From a virus (Duplodnaviria; Caudoviricetes), in the IMG/VR virus record IMGVR_UViG_3300021964_000054, positions 582-64,581 of that record: a DNA stretch of 64,000 bases; one strand, given 5' to 3'. Each line of letters starts with the position of its first letter. The first letter of the stretch is position 1. The position numbers were made by a program, and so were the translations under genes. Below are positions 38,824-53,000 of the stretch, one piece after another. The notes below the pieces were generated by a model. That model was not told the DNA's origin, did not search any database, and saw only the letters and a list, made by a program, of their open reading frames with translations.

Positions 38824-41058
38824 TTATAAGCATTTAAGTTTGTCTAGTATATCTTGGTTGTTATATCCATTTCCAGCCAAAGCATTAGAAAGAATTTTAG
38901 TTTGTTTCCCAAACTCTTCAAGATCCATTGTTTTGCTTGAGAATCCATAAAGATAACGAATTGCATCTTCAGTAAAGTTTAAATCATTTAAATCTTGCAT
39001 TATTTTATTTTCATTTTCATCTTTAGCATTGTTTGCAGAGTCAGATTCTAATGCTTGGAAATAAACAAGACGATCATTAAAGTCAGGGGCCAAAATGTTA
39101 TCTTCATCAAAGTAGTCCCACATTTGATAATCATATGCATCCTTAGGTCTACCCATCATATTAAGTTTCTCATAAAAGGCATAATTAAAGTGAGCTAACT
39201 TCAAACCATAATCTGGATCAGGCACTGAAATATATTCTTCTGAAGTTTCTGGTCTTAAAAAGAAATCAAAGAGATACATCTGATCTATCTCTTCTTCTGT
39301 AAAATGTTCAAGTCTATCATTAAAAGAACCTGTTAATGATTTAAATCTATCTTTAAGTTCTTGATTTTCAGACCATATTGCATTCACTGTAATGTAGTAT
39401 GCATTCGCTTTTTGGTTGTAAAAAGTATATAGCATATCCATGTCAGGATACTTTTTAAGTATCTTCTTAAAGTAATCAGACTTATCAACGATATCTTCCA
39501 TCACAAGTTTCATGTTGCCCTGAATCTTGTATTTTTTTGCTTCTTTAAAGTTACCTTCTGAAACCAACTTTCTATACATCGCATCATTTTGAAGCTGCTC
39601 CTCAGTCATGTAATCTCTTTTGTCAAGACTTAGACCATGAATATCAGAAGGAACAATCATATCAATATCATGAAGCGCATCTATCATAGGTCTATAAACA
39701 GTGCCTTGAAGACGGTATGCTAAAGATCCTGTAATAATATTTCCCCAATCACTAAACCATTTCATAAACCCTAACGCTCTTCCACCATCTTTAGCGTTTT
39801 GAGTTTCAATGGTTTCTGTATAGGACAAAAGATTAAAGTCTGAAGTATCTTTCTTAAGTCTTTTTAGCTTAGACTTGTCCCCTGCTAATATATCTTTTGC
39901 AATAAGATCTGCTTCTCGCTCTATAGACGAATAACTAAGCTTGGCAAGAATGTCAGAAATAAAGTCAATTATTCTTTGGACAACACTCCAAAACTCTGAA
40001 TCCTGCTGGGCCTTATAATTTCTAACTAATGCTATACCAATGGCCTGACCAACTGCTTCTTTCTTGATTTTATATATGTCAATATTACCTTCAGAGGTTT
40101 TGTATATATCTTTGTACTGATTGAACACCCTTTCATAACCATCCCACTTTTCTATTTCATTAAACATAAAAGTGAACAACTGGTTTCCAGACTTCTTTTT
40201 AGAAATTGATCCTAACAGCTCAACAAAAGCATGTCCATACTCCTCAGGAAGAGTCAGCAAGTTTCTGTTCTTTGCGTAATAAATTGTTTTTGCAAGAACA
40301 TCAAATACACCAACACTATCAACTCCAAACTTTTCTTTAAGGTTATCTATCTCCTTATTTCTAATTTTAAAATCTGAGAAATAGTCAATTAGCAATGCTT
40401 CAAGTTTTTTGTCTAACGGCTCTTGCACAGCTTGATAGTATTGGCGATCCGCTTCTTTTACTATCTCCTTAGAATAAATAGATAAAACTTCTGATACTCT
40501 AAATTGTTTTAGACTAGGATTATTATCAAGTATTGATATAAATTGCTTTCTAAATTCTGGAGCCATCCCCACTCTTTTAAGCTCAGCGTCAAGTTTCTTA
40601 TTAGATCCAATTGATTTTACAACTTTGTTTACACCTTTTAATCTTTTTTGAACCTTCTCCAAGTTTGTCAGAACATCATCTACTTGAAATAAATAGTCAT
40701 CATCAAAATCTTCACCGGCCCTTTCTGCATCCTCTTTAAGCATTGCTCTTGCTTGTTCAGTGTTGACCTTAAGTAGATAAGACTCATAATACTCTTCAAT
40801 TATTTCTGGACCTGGCTCAAATACAACTTCATGCCCATTTGTTCTCTCAACAACATAAGCCATCTTTCCACCATAATCCCTAGCAGATCTTTTCAAAAGG
40901 CTTTGTGCAACTTGATATGACTGACCAGGGAATTTAAAAAGAGCATTAGACACAAATAAAGTATTTGGACTAACTTTTTTAATATTACCTGTTTCATAAG
41001 TTTTGACAGCTTTCTTTATAAGTGCCTTTTTAATATCAACTTTACATTTTAGTGCCAT
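38824..41058 (-). CDS. virion protein: degenerate zincin + Pol-beta-type nucleotidyltransferase
   Basis: LPEEYGH; IITGSLAY.LQG...HDIDMIV; K....GRPKD.YD. Confidence 0.65.
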   Translation of the reverse strand: MALKCKVDIKKALIKKAVKTYETGNIKKVSPNTLFVSNALFKFPGQSYQVAQSLLKRSARDYGGKMAYVVERTNGHEVVFEPGPEIIEEYYESYLLKVNTEQARAMLKEDAERAGEDFDDDYLFQVDDVLTNLEKVQKRLKGVNKVVKSIGSNKKLDAELKRVGMAPEFRKQFISILDNNPSLKQFRVSEVLSIYSKEIVKEADRQYYQAVQEPLDKKLEALLIDYFSDFKIRNKEIDNLKEKFGVDSVGVFDVLAKTIYYAKNRNLLTLPEEYGHAFVELLGSISKKKSGNQLFTFMFNEIEKWDGYERVFNQYKDIYKTSEGNIDIYKIKKEAVGQAIGIALVRNYKAQQDSEFWSVVQRIIDFISDILAKLSYSSIEREADLIAKDILAGDKSKLKRLKKDTSDFNLLSYTETIETQNAKDGGRALGFMKWFSDWGNIITGSLAYRLQGTVYRPMIDALHDIDMIVPSDIHGLSLDKRDYMTEEQLQNDAMYRKLVSEGNFKEAKKYKIQGNMKLVMEDIVDKSDYFKKILKKYPDMDMLYTFYNQKANAYYITVNAIWSENQELKDRFKSLTGSFNDRLEHFTEEEIDQMYLFDFFLRPETSEEYISVPDPDYGLKLAHFNYAFYEKLNMMGRPKDAYDYQMWDYFDEDNILAPDFNDRLVYFQALESDSANNAKDENENKIMQDLNDLNFTEDAIRYLYGFSSKTMDLEEFGKQTKILSNALAGNGYNNQDILDKLKCL

Positions 41059-41064
41059 GAGTTC

Positions 41065-44000
41065 TTAACAATTATCTTCATCATTTAAATCAATACCAGG
41101 TTTACCTTTAGGCTTCACCTTGTTTTCATCAGTTGGATCTTCATCTAAAAGACCCTTAAGCATATCCTCTGTATCCTTAAACTCTTCATCAGTACCCACA
41201 ATATTACCATTATAGTCTTCAAATTCCATTGAAATCTGACCAGCATCTTGTGCAGGTATAATTGGTTTTTCAGGCTTTTCAACTGAAGGCGTTTCAGATA
41301 CATCTTCCTCAACTTCTGCACTTTCAGTTTCTAAAACAATGTCCTGAATCGTACCATCATAGTATCCATAGATGGCAACCAAGTTATCATTTAATGGAAC
41401 AACCTTATCAAGATTGTTTTTTATTTCAGAATTCACCTCCACAGGTTTAACGCCATTAGCTGTGCCTAAAGTAATATGAGGATTTTCATTTGTTGATTTA
41501 TCATTCTCTAACACAAGTGCATCAATCTTGTCAGTAATAAGTCTACCTATAACTTTTAAGCTTGTTCTTTCTCCAACCTGAACATCAAGTCCACCTCTAT
41601 AAGAAACTGTCATATGATGAGCGTGTCTATTGGGCATACTAGTTGGGTACTTTTCATCCATTTCCTTTCTGCTTACAAATGCACCGGTATAGACAACGTT
41701 TCTTTTAGCAGGAGTACGCTTAGTATCTGGGTCGTTTGGATTTACTGTATTATTACCCTTGTCAATGACTTCTGTTTTTGATATAAGCCTTTTATAACGC
41801 TTTGCATCTTCTTTTGTAAATCCTAGAGGACTTATCATTTCAGACGAAAACTGTTTAGGTATTGCAGTGTATGTAGCTTTCTCACCTAGAATAGTCATTC
41901 TATTAGATCCTTCAGCTAATGAATTAACCAAAGTTTCTCCCATGTTCTTGTCATCTGATGTATCCTCATTACCTTGATAGACATAATAAGTATCTTTAAT
42001 CTTAATTAATGGTGGGAAAGCAAAGGTATTAATAGTGTCATCATATGATATACCCATCTTTCTTCCAATCTCATAAATAGCAAGCTTTTCTTTTTTATCC
42101 TTACCATCAATAGACATATCTATTGTAAACTCAGCTTTTAGCGTACCAGGATTAAGATTAAATGAACTAGCAGACTTTTTAAATACTTCCTTTTTTTGTT
42201 TTGCTGTAAAGCTAAACACTGATGAAATTGCATTTCTGACAGCATCCTTTGCCTCTAAAATATCATCCTTAGTATCACCTTCAAGAATGTTTTTAACTAA
42301 CCTTGAACTTTTGTTTTTCTTTTTCGCATCATAATACCAAGACAATCTTTTTATCTCAGGAACAATAGCTTCACCCTTTTCGTTTTGTTCAGCTAAAGAA
42401 TAAGCAACTTGTGTTAACAGGTTATCAAAGAAATCATAGACCTCATCATTTGACATATCCTCTTTGCCAAAAAACTGCCTAACCTTTGACAGTACTATTT
42501 GCTTAGCTTTTGCAGAATCACCTTCTTCCAAAGAGTCAATTTCTTGAGATGCGTCTTTAAGTGATAAAATAAACTCGTCAATACCTTTTGAAATAGGTGC
42601 TAACAAACTAGGTGGAAAGAACTTTAAAAATGATCCAGTAGCTGTAATCATACCAGTTCTTGCCAACTCATGATAAAACAATCTTTTAACAAACATCCTA
42701 GCCTCATTATCTGTAGGATGGTTATATAGAAAAGCAAGATCTTGAGCTATTTCTTCAGCTAGAGTACCTTTGAGTTTTGATCTTTCATAAAGCTTTATAA
42801 CTTCTTCATTCAATCTAAGAACTCTATCATTTGACATTGCATTAGCAGTAGCATCACCTTTTTCATTTCTCAGATATTTTAAGAACTTGTTATCTGAATA
42901 CTTTGATTTAAACTTAGAAATCTCTGTAGATAAATTATGAGTAAACCAATAGTCTGGAGTAAATGTATCAAGTAAATTCTTGTCATCTTTATCTATAAGA
43001 TTTTGAAGCTCAGGATTTGAAGATGATCTTGAACCTGGGAATGACTCTAAGAACTTTCTAATTCCAACAAATGCTGTTATTGTTTCTGCAATATGCCTTT
43101 TGTCTTTAAATGACTTTGTGAACAACCCTACCAAAGGCCTAAAGAATGGAGACTTTTCTAAGAATAGCTTTGAGGCCTGTTCATTTAGATCAGACAGCAT
43201 CTCCTGCATAGTATTGTAAACAGAATCTTTTGAGAAGATTCTAGCAGCAGAGTCTATTGTAAATATACTTCTGTCATTTGTAATCTCATAAATAGCATCA
43301 AGTAGATTATCTATCTCAGTAAGGGTAGGATTTAGTCTCTTGAACATATTAGTTACCCTAGAAGCCTTAGTTAAAGTATTGCTCTGATTAACCTGATCAA
43401 TATACATTTTTGTAAGCACAAACTCCATTGCTGAATCAGCAAGACCAGTTCCATCTTCAAGTCTAAGATCAAATCCTATTTGAGTAGGTGTAAGAGTGTT
43501 TGAGTTTAAAGCATCTTTATCAATTGTCTTAGGAGTAAAATCAAATATTATTTTTGAACTAATTACTTTGCCAGACTCAACATCATAAAGACCTGCAAGA
43601 ATCAAATTTTCAAGAACATCTGGGTCCAACTGATCATACAAGTGACCAGAAAAAGTTTTGAAGAGTTCTTCAGTATCTGTAGATAGTGCATTCTTTTGAT
43701 ATTGAACATTCTGAGAAGCTATTCTTACAGAAGGCATGAAGTTAAATGCTGCAACCATTGTAGGATCTAACCCTAGACCTATCATTGAAAGAGTTGTGTT
43801 TACATTTACATCATTCCATTGGAGAGCTGCAGGTATAGGTTCTTTTGTAGCATCTGCAAACATACCCAAGATATTACCTATCAAAGCAATAACTCTTTGC
43901 TGTTGCTCATTAACATGTGAAAACTTATCCTTAATCACTCTCTTACCATCCTTATCTAAATAGTCCCAAACAACACCATCCTCATTAAGTTTAAGGTCAT

Positions 44001-47000
44001 ACTGACTTGCAAGAGCTAAGAACTTGTTCATAACAGCTGTAATACCAATACCATCTTTGTTCATTTGGTTTTCTACTTTAGAACTGATAGCATTATCAAG
44101 AGTATAAAGATTACTTTTTGTTGTCATCTCTTTCAAGTCTAATCCAAAACTATCTAGTATCTTGACAAATTCCTCTGTTGAAGCTCTTTGGTTAATGAAT
44201 AGTCTGTTGAACACAGCTTCATTAGTCAAAACTTCTAGAGTAGCATCTAAGTTCTTATTCTGCTGTTTATAACTAACCATCTCAGAATATACAGGATCAG
44301 AGTTGAACTGATCAATACTTGCAGGAAGACCAGAATTTCTAAGAACATCCATTGTTGCTTGATACCCAAATAGTGCATCTAACAAATCTTTTGATCTTTG
44401 CATGAAATTAATCTCTGTATTCAAGTCAGCAATAATTTCACCCTTTTCTTTTCGTTCTCTCCAAGCATCTCTATCAAGACGATTGTTTTCAGTTCTTTCT
44501 TTTGCTTCTACATAGTCCTTTTTAATGTCACCTTTAATTGCAATTAAAGATTTTCTTCTCTGTTTAACAGCAGAATAAATAGTCTTATCTTCAACTTCAA
44601 GTGCCACATACATAAGATCTTCATTTGTAAACCCTAAAGCACCAAGAATATAATCTAAATCACCATCTTTTGGAAAACTAAAAGAACTTGTGGAATCTAT
44701 AAGTTCTTGTTTTTTATCCTTAATTGCATCTTTAAACTCTATACTATTTTGCATAAAGTGTAACCACTCAATAAATTGTGCTGTATTTTGATCAGCAAGT
44801 TCATATCCACTATAGTCACCGTAAAGATGGAAATTACCTGCGGCATCTTCATAAAATGCTTTCATCTGACCAAACAATGAATCAATATCAAAGTCAGATC
44901 CAGAAAGAAGATGTATAAAGTGAGGGACAATTACATTATTAGATTTTGACTCATCTACAAAGTCAACAACCTTAATTGCAATCATAGATCTCTTATCCTC
45001 AGTTGGAATACGAACTCCAAACATTTTGTTTATTCTCGCTAACCAAAACTGTTTTTGACTTGGATTATTAAAAAATGGAGCAGGTACAATTGCTTCTACC
45101 CAATGTGTTTTGATACCAGTTTCTGGATCCACCTCAACACTGACACTTAAAGGCCTTACTCTATACTTAGTATTGTCAGAGTAAAGACTAGGATTTTTAG
45201 AAATTTCTTCAGAAGTAATTATACGACCTGTTTCAATATCTTCTAAGACTTCATATCCAAAGGAGCTTTCATGAAAATTCTTAAATCCAAAAGCCTTCTC
45301 GTCTGTAACATTGTTACTATACTGAGCCATAAAATAATATTCCAAAGTTCTTCTTATTACTGGAAGGTTTGGACTAAACTTAGGCTTTCCATTTTCTGTA
45401 GCAAAATAAGCGAGAATTGAGGATGCTGCTCCTTGAGATTCTAGTCCTTCTCTTATTACATCATATAACTTTGCAACATCAATATCACCACCCTCTCTGA
45501 TCACTCTTTTAAAGTATTCTAACCTACCTTTCATTACAGCATTCAAAGAGTCTTTGTATTTGTAAAAACTGCTTGATAAGTCTTCAACTGCAAGTTTCTC
45601 TGACTCAGTTAAAGGTTTACCTTCTCTTATTGCCTCAGCTTCTAAGACTCCAAGTACATCTTTAGGATTTATATCTGCAGGTAAAAGAAGTTTCTTTTGA
45701 ACGGAAACTTTTGCATAATCCTTAACACCACTTGTTTCTACCTGAACATATTTTGATCTATTTGGAACTGGAACTGATGAAAGATTTAGGTTAATCAATC
45801 CCTCAGAAGTAAAGTTAGTACCTACAGATTCATTTGACAAAACTTGAACCGGCAGTAATGTTGCATTTTTACTTGCTGAAGTATCCATTACTTGATCTAC
45901 ATTATAATGCTCCATTGAGTTCAGCATTCTATGAAGCATTTTTCTATGCGGCATAGGCATAAAATAAGAATGCACCTTGCTTGTAAGATTTGAAATATCT
46001 GCTTCAAGCATTGAAATTTCTTGAGCAGGAGCTTTGATTTTTATCAGCTCTTCTATAGCTTTTCTAGTATCATAAATTTGAAGATACAAGCTATGTATTT
46101 CATCGTATATTCTGTTTACTGTTTGTCTACTTGCATTCTTAGGTATAACAACATAACTCACATCCATTCTGTCAATGTGGGCTTCTGAAAGTTTATGATA
46201 GACATTTAGTCCTGCCGTAACAGTCTTTTTAGAGTTTAGAACAATCTTCAAGGACTTTAGATAATTTGCTTCATCTTTAGTAAGCTTTCTGTAATGCTTG
46301 GCTATCATCAAGTGTTTTGCAGTTTCATCTAGCCTACCTGTTGAATCATAAATATCCATATGATGCATCAACAAAGAATGAGACTGACCATCATATGTTT
46401 CATGGAAAAACTTTCTATCTCCATCTACGTCCTGATCATACGCTTCTAAAAGTTCTAATCTTTGTTCTGGTGAAAGAGTTGGGTCATTTTCAATCTCAGC
46501 TCTATTATAATAAGGCCCTTTATCTAGATGGCCGTCATATATAAATGCTTCAATTGTATTTAAATATGCAACTTTATGATATCCTTCCTTTAAATTACTA
46601 CCAGAAGCAACAACTTTCTTAAGACGTTTTACATAGTCTTGATTATTTTTGACATTCATGGCTATATCGCCATCCATAAGTTCATTAAGCATCAATGCAT
46701 TTGACCAATAATTCATGAAGTGATCAAACAAAACTGACTCTAACACACTATCTGACCCTGCAGATTTAGGATAAATTGAATTTAACTTTAATGTTCTGTC
46801 TTGGAAAGGATTCTTTTTTCTTTTTGACTTCACACTTATGCCACTATCCCTCATGAAATCTGGTAGTAAATCAGACTTATAATAAATCGTTGGTTGATCA
46901 GTAGTTTTAGATGGAACAATAACCTTTTCTACAACACCTTGATCTACAAGTTTTTGTAAGTGATTGTCATATGTTTGTTGTGCAAAAGTATCCAAGCTAG

Positions 47001-50000
47001 ACAAAAGTTCATCTATAAGTTCTACGGGGATGTCTTCAAACTTTTCAGCACCAACAAGTTCATTTGTTTCAGTATCTAAGATTGAACCACCTTTTGCCAA
47101 TTCAATTATCTTGTCACGAAGCTCTGGAACATTTTCAAAAAAGTCTGACAACTTGTTAAAGTTGTAAGCTCTTAAACTATCAGCATCAACTTCAACAGTT
47201 CCATCAGGATTTAATGTCGCATTGTACTTGTTTATGTTTTTGTTGTCTAGGCCTAATTCATAATTTTCCTTTCTTTCAAGTCTACTATTCCACTCACGCT
47301 TTATCCTATTAAACTCTTGGCGAACAACAGCTTCAAGATCCTTTACAATCAAAAGATGCTTATCTTTATATAAAAGCTTTCCTTCACGTTCTCTGAGTGA
47401 TCTTGTTTTATCTGCAGTTTTTACAGCAGATAAGTTGACAAAAGACTTATGTAAAGAGCTTGTCAGAAAGTTTGTTTGTGTTGCTTCAAGCTGGTGAAAA
47501 CTTCTATCATAAACTTGTATAGTAGTTCCATCCTTGCCGGTAATAGTTTTTCTAGACAAGAAAGACAGCATGTTAAGAATATACAATGACTTTGCATCAA
47601 TATCTTTAAACACTTTTCCATCTTTGTATTCATCTTTCCCAACTATCTGTTGAACACCCCCAAACAAAGAACTTTCAAAATTATTTAAGAAGAGTTGCAT
47701 TTCTTTTGATTGATCTGTTACTTCACCCTTAAGGATTGGTCCTAACATAGGATTATCTAAAAAGAAATCTCTGACAAAGTCATCCCAATACATTTCATCT
47801 TCAAGTGCTCCCTCTAAACCAAGAGTTCTCAATCTCTGAGCAAGCATTGCCATTGGGTTGTATTTGCTAAAGCGATATATGGATTTTCCTTCAGCATTTA
47901 AAATAGTACTATGAACTATACTAGGATCATATTTAACAATATAAGCAGATGCACTTTTTAATATGACCATGAATCTTCTGATATTATCAATCTTACTTTC
48001 ATCATCAAGTTTATTTGAAAATGCAGGATCAGGATTATTGCCCTTGTACATAGAAGTTAAAAGGCCCCCTAAACTTCTAAAGAAATCTTCCTCCAAGTAT
48101 TGACCTTCTCTAATAAAGTTTTCGTTTAAATCATAGAACTCCACATGAGAAGGGTCTAAACCTAAAAGAGGTTGCTTGTATTCATTGTTATGAATAGCCA
48201 TCAAAGAAAGTCTAATTAATGACTTAGGAACATCAATCCCAAGTATCTTCATGTTTTCGTTAAGCTCATTTGTTAACTTATTCAATCTAGACTTAGGACT
48301 AACGCTTGTTAGTATCTTACCCTTAGATGTAACTGTAATCTCTTTAATTAAGGATAACAATTTTCTGTGAGCATCCTTGTATACTTTTGTGTTTGCATTC
48401 TCTGAGTGAGAAATATTTATACTAGTGATAATCTGATTTCTTTTATCCCTAACGCTTCTTTCTAAAACTTTATCTGTAACTCTAAAGTTAAACCTCTGTT
48501 GAACAGGTGGCAATGGAGATGCTAACTCTGCTTCAGTTAAAGGCTTAGGAGTACTGACATTAAACATTTTCCAATTCAACTCCACATTGTTAAACACATC
48601 TACAAGCATGTTGTAAAGCCTTTTGTTACCAGGCTGACCATCAATCATTTTTGTAGAGTTTTCTATTTCATTATGCAAAGCCTCAAAATCAAGTCCGGTG
48701 GAAACACGCCCATCTTCAATCATAGTCTCTGCAAAAGACTTTATACTGCTAATAATCTTATCAGGAGAAAGATTAGAAGTAACCTTTACAACACTAGTAA
48801 ATAAATGCTCCCCATCTAACATTCTAGGTATAACAGCTCCAGTTGCATCATCTATCTCATCTCTTCTTATTGTAGAAAAGAATCGTCTTACTTGAGAAAC
48901 ATATGAATCTATTACATTCATATTCCCTAGAGTAACGTCAAAATCATTAGACCCTTCTAGTTCTTGATTTGCAGAATTAGACTCACTATCACTAACCTTT
49001 AAGTTCTCATCATCAAAAATTGCCTCAACTTCATCAGCATTAACAATAACCTCAACATCACCAGATCTAATTAGATCCATACGAACTGCAGAGTCATACT
49101 TCTTTTTAACAAGTTTCTTAAGAATCTGATAAGAATACTGACCACTTGTGTTGTCAACATATCCTACACCTGTAAGGTTATATGGATTTTTAGTTGCTCT
49201 ATTATCATATCTAGAATCACCAGTCAAGTTTATATCATCAGCCTGATAACCTTTCATTCTTGCACCAAGCATAAATCTATAAGCATTAAACATGTCGCCA
49301 TACTTCTGTTTTATATCTAACGCACTTGCCTTAGTCTTTTCATTTTGATTTATGATCAAGTCAATATTATAAATGCTATCAATGATTTTAGTTGTTACAT
49401 TGTCAAACTTATCGTCAAAATTGTCGTTAGAATCATCTTTTAACAACTCTCCAACAACCATATCTATAAGTCTGTTTTGCTCAGAAGTTTGAAGCCAATG
49501 AATATCAGTATTTCCTTGTTCATTTAAAATAATGTTTGGACCAGGTATAAGTTCAAACGCAACTTGACCGTCATACATATTTGATTTTATAGCTGCAGAC
49601 TTGTAATAGCCAGTTGCTATTTTGTCATAAATAAGATCAATATCATTCTCATAAGCCTTAAACGCTCTAATAAGTCTTTCTAAAAGATCATAAAGAAAAC
49701 CAATTATTCCTGATGGCTTCTTTTTCTTTGACTTTTGATTCATATAGTTTTGAAAACCATCCGCTAAAATTTCTTCAGCTACAAGTTCTGCCATTCTATC
49801 AATGTTATACTCATACCCTCTCTCTTCTGCAAACTTCATTAAAGCTTCTTGAGTGAACTTCTCATAATGCTTAGAGTCATTCATCACTGTCTGAATGAGA
49901 TTTCTTCTCTCGCTGTTTGTCATTAAGTATCTAAACACACCATGAAAAGCCTCATGGAATACAACACCCTTTACTTTAAGTTGATCATTTAAATAGATTA

Positions 50001-53000
50001 CTCTATTTTTAAAGAGCCCTAAAACAGTTCCATCTATTTTTGACAAGTCAACAACATCCTTAACACCATCAAGTGAAATACCAAATTGAGGTAGTATTGA
50101 AGACAAGAACTGAACCTCTGACATAAGCTCGCTGTCAGAAATTATCTGAACGCCTTCAGGAGTTTCTACAAGTTTGAATCTCTCAACGCGATTGAAGTCA
50201 TCATCATTATCATCTCTTTTGTCTTCTTTTTGTTTTCTATATTCTTCTGCCAAGTAGTCCTCAATCCTAGTTAACTCATCTTTAATGTCAGCCTTAACCT
50301 CTTGACCTCTAGCCATATTTAATCTTATGGATTCAATCTGGGCTTGATCTGGCTCTGGTTCAGCCTCAAGCATTTGCAAATTCATATTTGCATCTATCAA
50401 TGCATTATCAATGTTGATAATATCTTCAGAGAGTTTTGTCTTTCTATTCTCAGCTCTCTTTACTGAAGTCAGTGCTTCTTGCTGTTCTTTAGTGAGAGTC
50501 TTAACAGGGCTAGATCCCGCTTCAGGTTTTTTAGCAGGCTTTTTTTCTATCTTAGTATTATCAATTTTTTTCCTGTCTTCACTAGAAGTTGGTCTAACAC
50601 CTTTAGGTTGAATTGAAACAGTCTTAGAAGATGCAGACCTTACATCAAGATTTGATAAGCTTTTCTTAAACCAGTTGTTATCCTTTTCATTGTAGCTTCC
50701 AACATGGATTTTAGGAATAAGTCTTCCATCTTCAAGAATGTCAAAAAACAAATACTCAGGCTTATACTCCCCGCTAAAAGTTGCATCTTTTTCAAACAGT
50801 TCAAAAAACTCAGCATTACCTACATCAATAGTTTCACCGCCAACTGTCATCTTCTTTGTCTTCAAAGGAGTGACTATTGCTCTCATTATCTCATTGCTAA
50901 ACTCCTGGAGCAACTCGGTTTCAACATAATCAACTAGTTCAGACATTTCTTTTGTCTCAAGACCATCAATCTTTGATTTGTAAATGGTATTATAAAGTTC
51001 CATTACCCCTTCAATAGTCGATAAATCTAAAGTTTGCAATGCCTTGTTTGAAGCAACTGCAGCCTTTACCTTTTCACTTTTTGACATCTTTTCATAGATG
51101 CTTTTTATAACAGACTCATTAACAGGAAACCTGAACCCTAACTTCTTTCCTCCAGTGATTGCAACTTGATTAGTCTGAACTATATCTCCAGTAGTAGCCT
51201 CAGTATAAGGCTCAGTAAAATCCCCTCTCTTTGAACCATAAGGTCCAAGTTCTATTTGTAGCTTGTTCCCTTTCTGTGGTTGCCCAGTAGATAAAGAAAA
51301 GCTTAATGCATACTGACCTTCACCATCTTTTATTGCACCCTTGAAATTAAACGCACCTTGTTCTTCAAAAGATTTTACCTTTCTAGCCTTTTCGGCAGGT
51401 TTTGCAGTTATTGCATCAAATAGTTGAGAAATATATGAAGCAAGCATTGGAGCAGCAGACAATGCACCACGAGATTCTAATACTCTATGACCAGAAGCAT
51501 TTCCTTTTTTGTCAAACTTAATAACAAAGTTTCTTGTTATTCGTTTTATGACACTATTGTTTATTCTGCGCAAAGTACCATCTTCAGATCTTTGGGACTC
51601 AATTATCTTTTCAATTTCTGCGTCCTCTGCTTTGAAGTGTTCAGCTGCCCAGTCTTCATAATTTAGTTGATCTCTAGCATAGTCAACATCAGTGATTAGT
51701 ATTGGTTCACCAGTTTCAGTTTTAACCTCAATAAACTCATTAGAAGCAAGAAGCGAAACCATTGAGTATGAAACTTTTCCTCCAGGTGATATATCTTTTT
51801 TAATGTAAAAAGGAACTTTTCTACTGTCCTCCCTTTTGATAACATTGTTTTCAGCATCAACAGTTACAACCGGCAATTCTAAAGAAATAGAATCATCTAC
51901 TTTTATTTGACTAAGCAAATCTTTTCTTTCTGTTTCATGTCTTTTTGAAGTAACAGAATATGAATCAAAAAATTCATTTGTTATCTCAACACTGTCTTTA
52001 CCTTGCTCAAGTGCCTCATTAAACTTTTCTCCAACAACTTCTTTAAGGTTAGAAAGATGTGCAGATGCATTTGAAATAGATCTCAAGTCAGACTCGCTAA
52101 GTGCAACTAGTGAACCAGTTGAACTTTGCTTTAATGAAAGCATTTGAATTTGTTTTAAGTCCTCAACATTTGAAAGATCAACTTTTGTAGTTGTGTTATC
52201 AGCATCAACAAATACCATGTCATCATTAGAATGAACATAGAATATCTGACCAGTTGAAAGAACCTTACCCATTATTGCAAAAGAGTCTTCTGAAGCTTTT
52301 GGTCTTGAAACTGTAAGCACTCTTGCAGAAGGATTAGATTTAAGCTTTGCAACCTGCTGAGTAGTTTCAAATGTCTCATGGTTTCTATTAGATAAAAGTT
52401 TAAACTTTTTTTCATCTCTAGCTAAAGACTTCATTCTTTGAACCCGTGAATCACCTACAGGGCCAACCTTAACTGCAAAAAACTTTATGCCAGATTCTGG
52501 AGCTGACATTTTTGACAGAGCTTTTGTTAAGTCTGCTTGTTCCATTGGATCTGCAGCTCTAAACTTAAAACCTGAAACAAGTTCATCGTTTCTAAAAATT
52601 TCCTCACCGTTGTTAGTTCTTGAAAATACTTGTGGTCTTGACTGCTTATCTACTAATATCTCATCAGGGCTTATTGGCTCAAGTAAACCATCAGAATTTA
52701 ACTTAAGAAGTGCATTTGGAGATTCTGATTTAGCATCTCTAACAGCCTCTATCATAGTACCATCCTTTAGAATAACCAAGTAATTAGAAAGACCAGCATA
52801 GTCTGAAACCTCTCCATTTATATCTATATACTCTGACTCAAATGTGAGCATCTTGTCAAAGGCCGCATCAACTATTTTGAATAAGCGATTTTTGTAAACA
52901 TCATTCCTTGCAATGGTTCCCATCTTAGCAATGTTACCCTTAATCTCCTTTTTGATTTTTTCAGAATAGTTTGAACGATCTTGATCAGTTTCAAAGTCAT

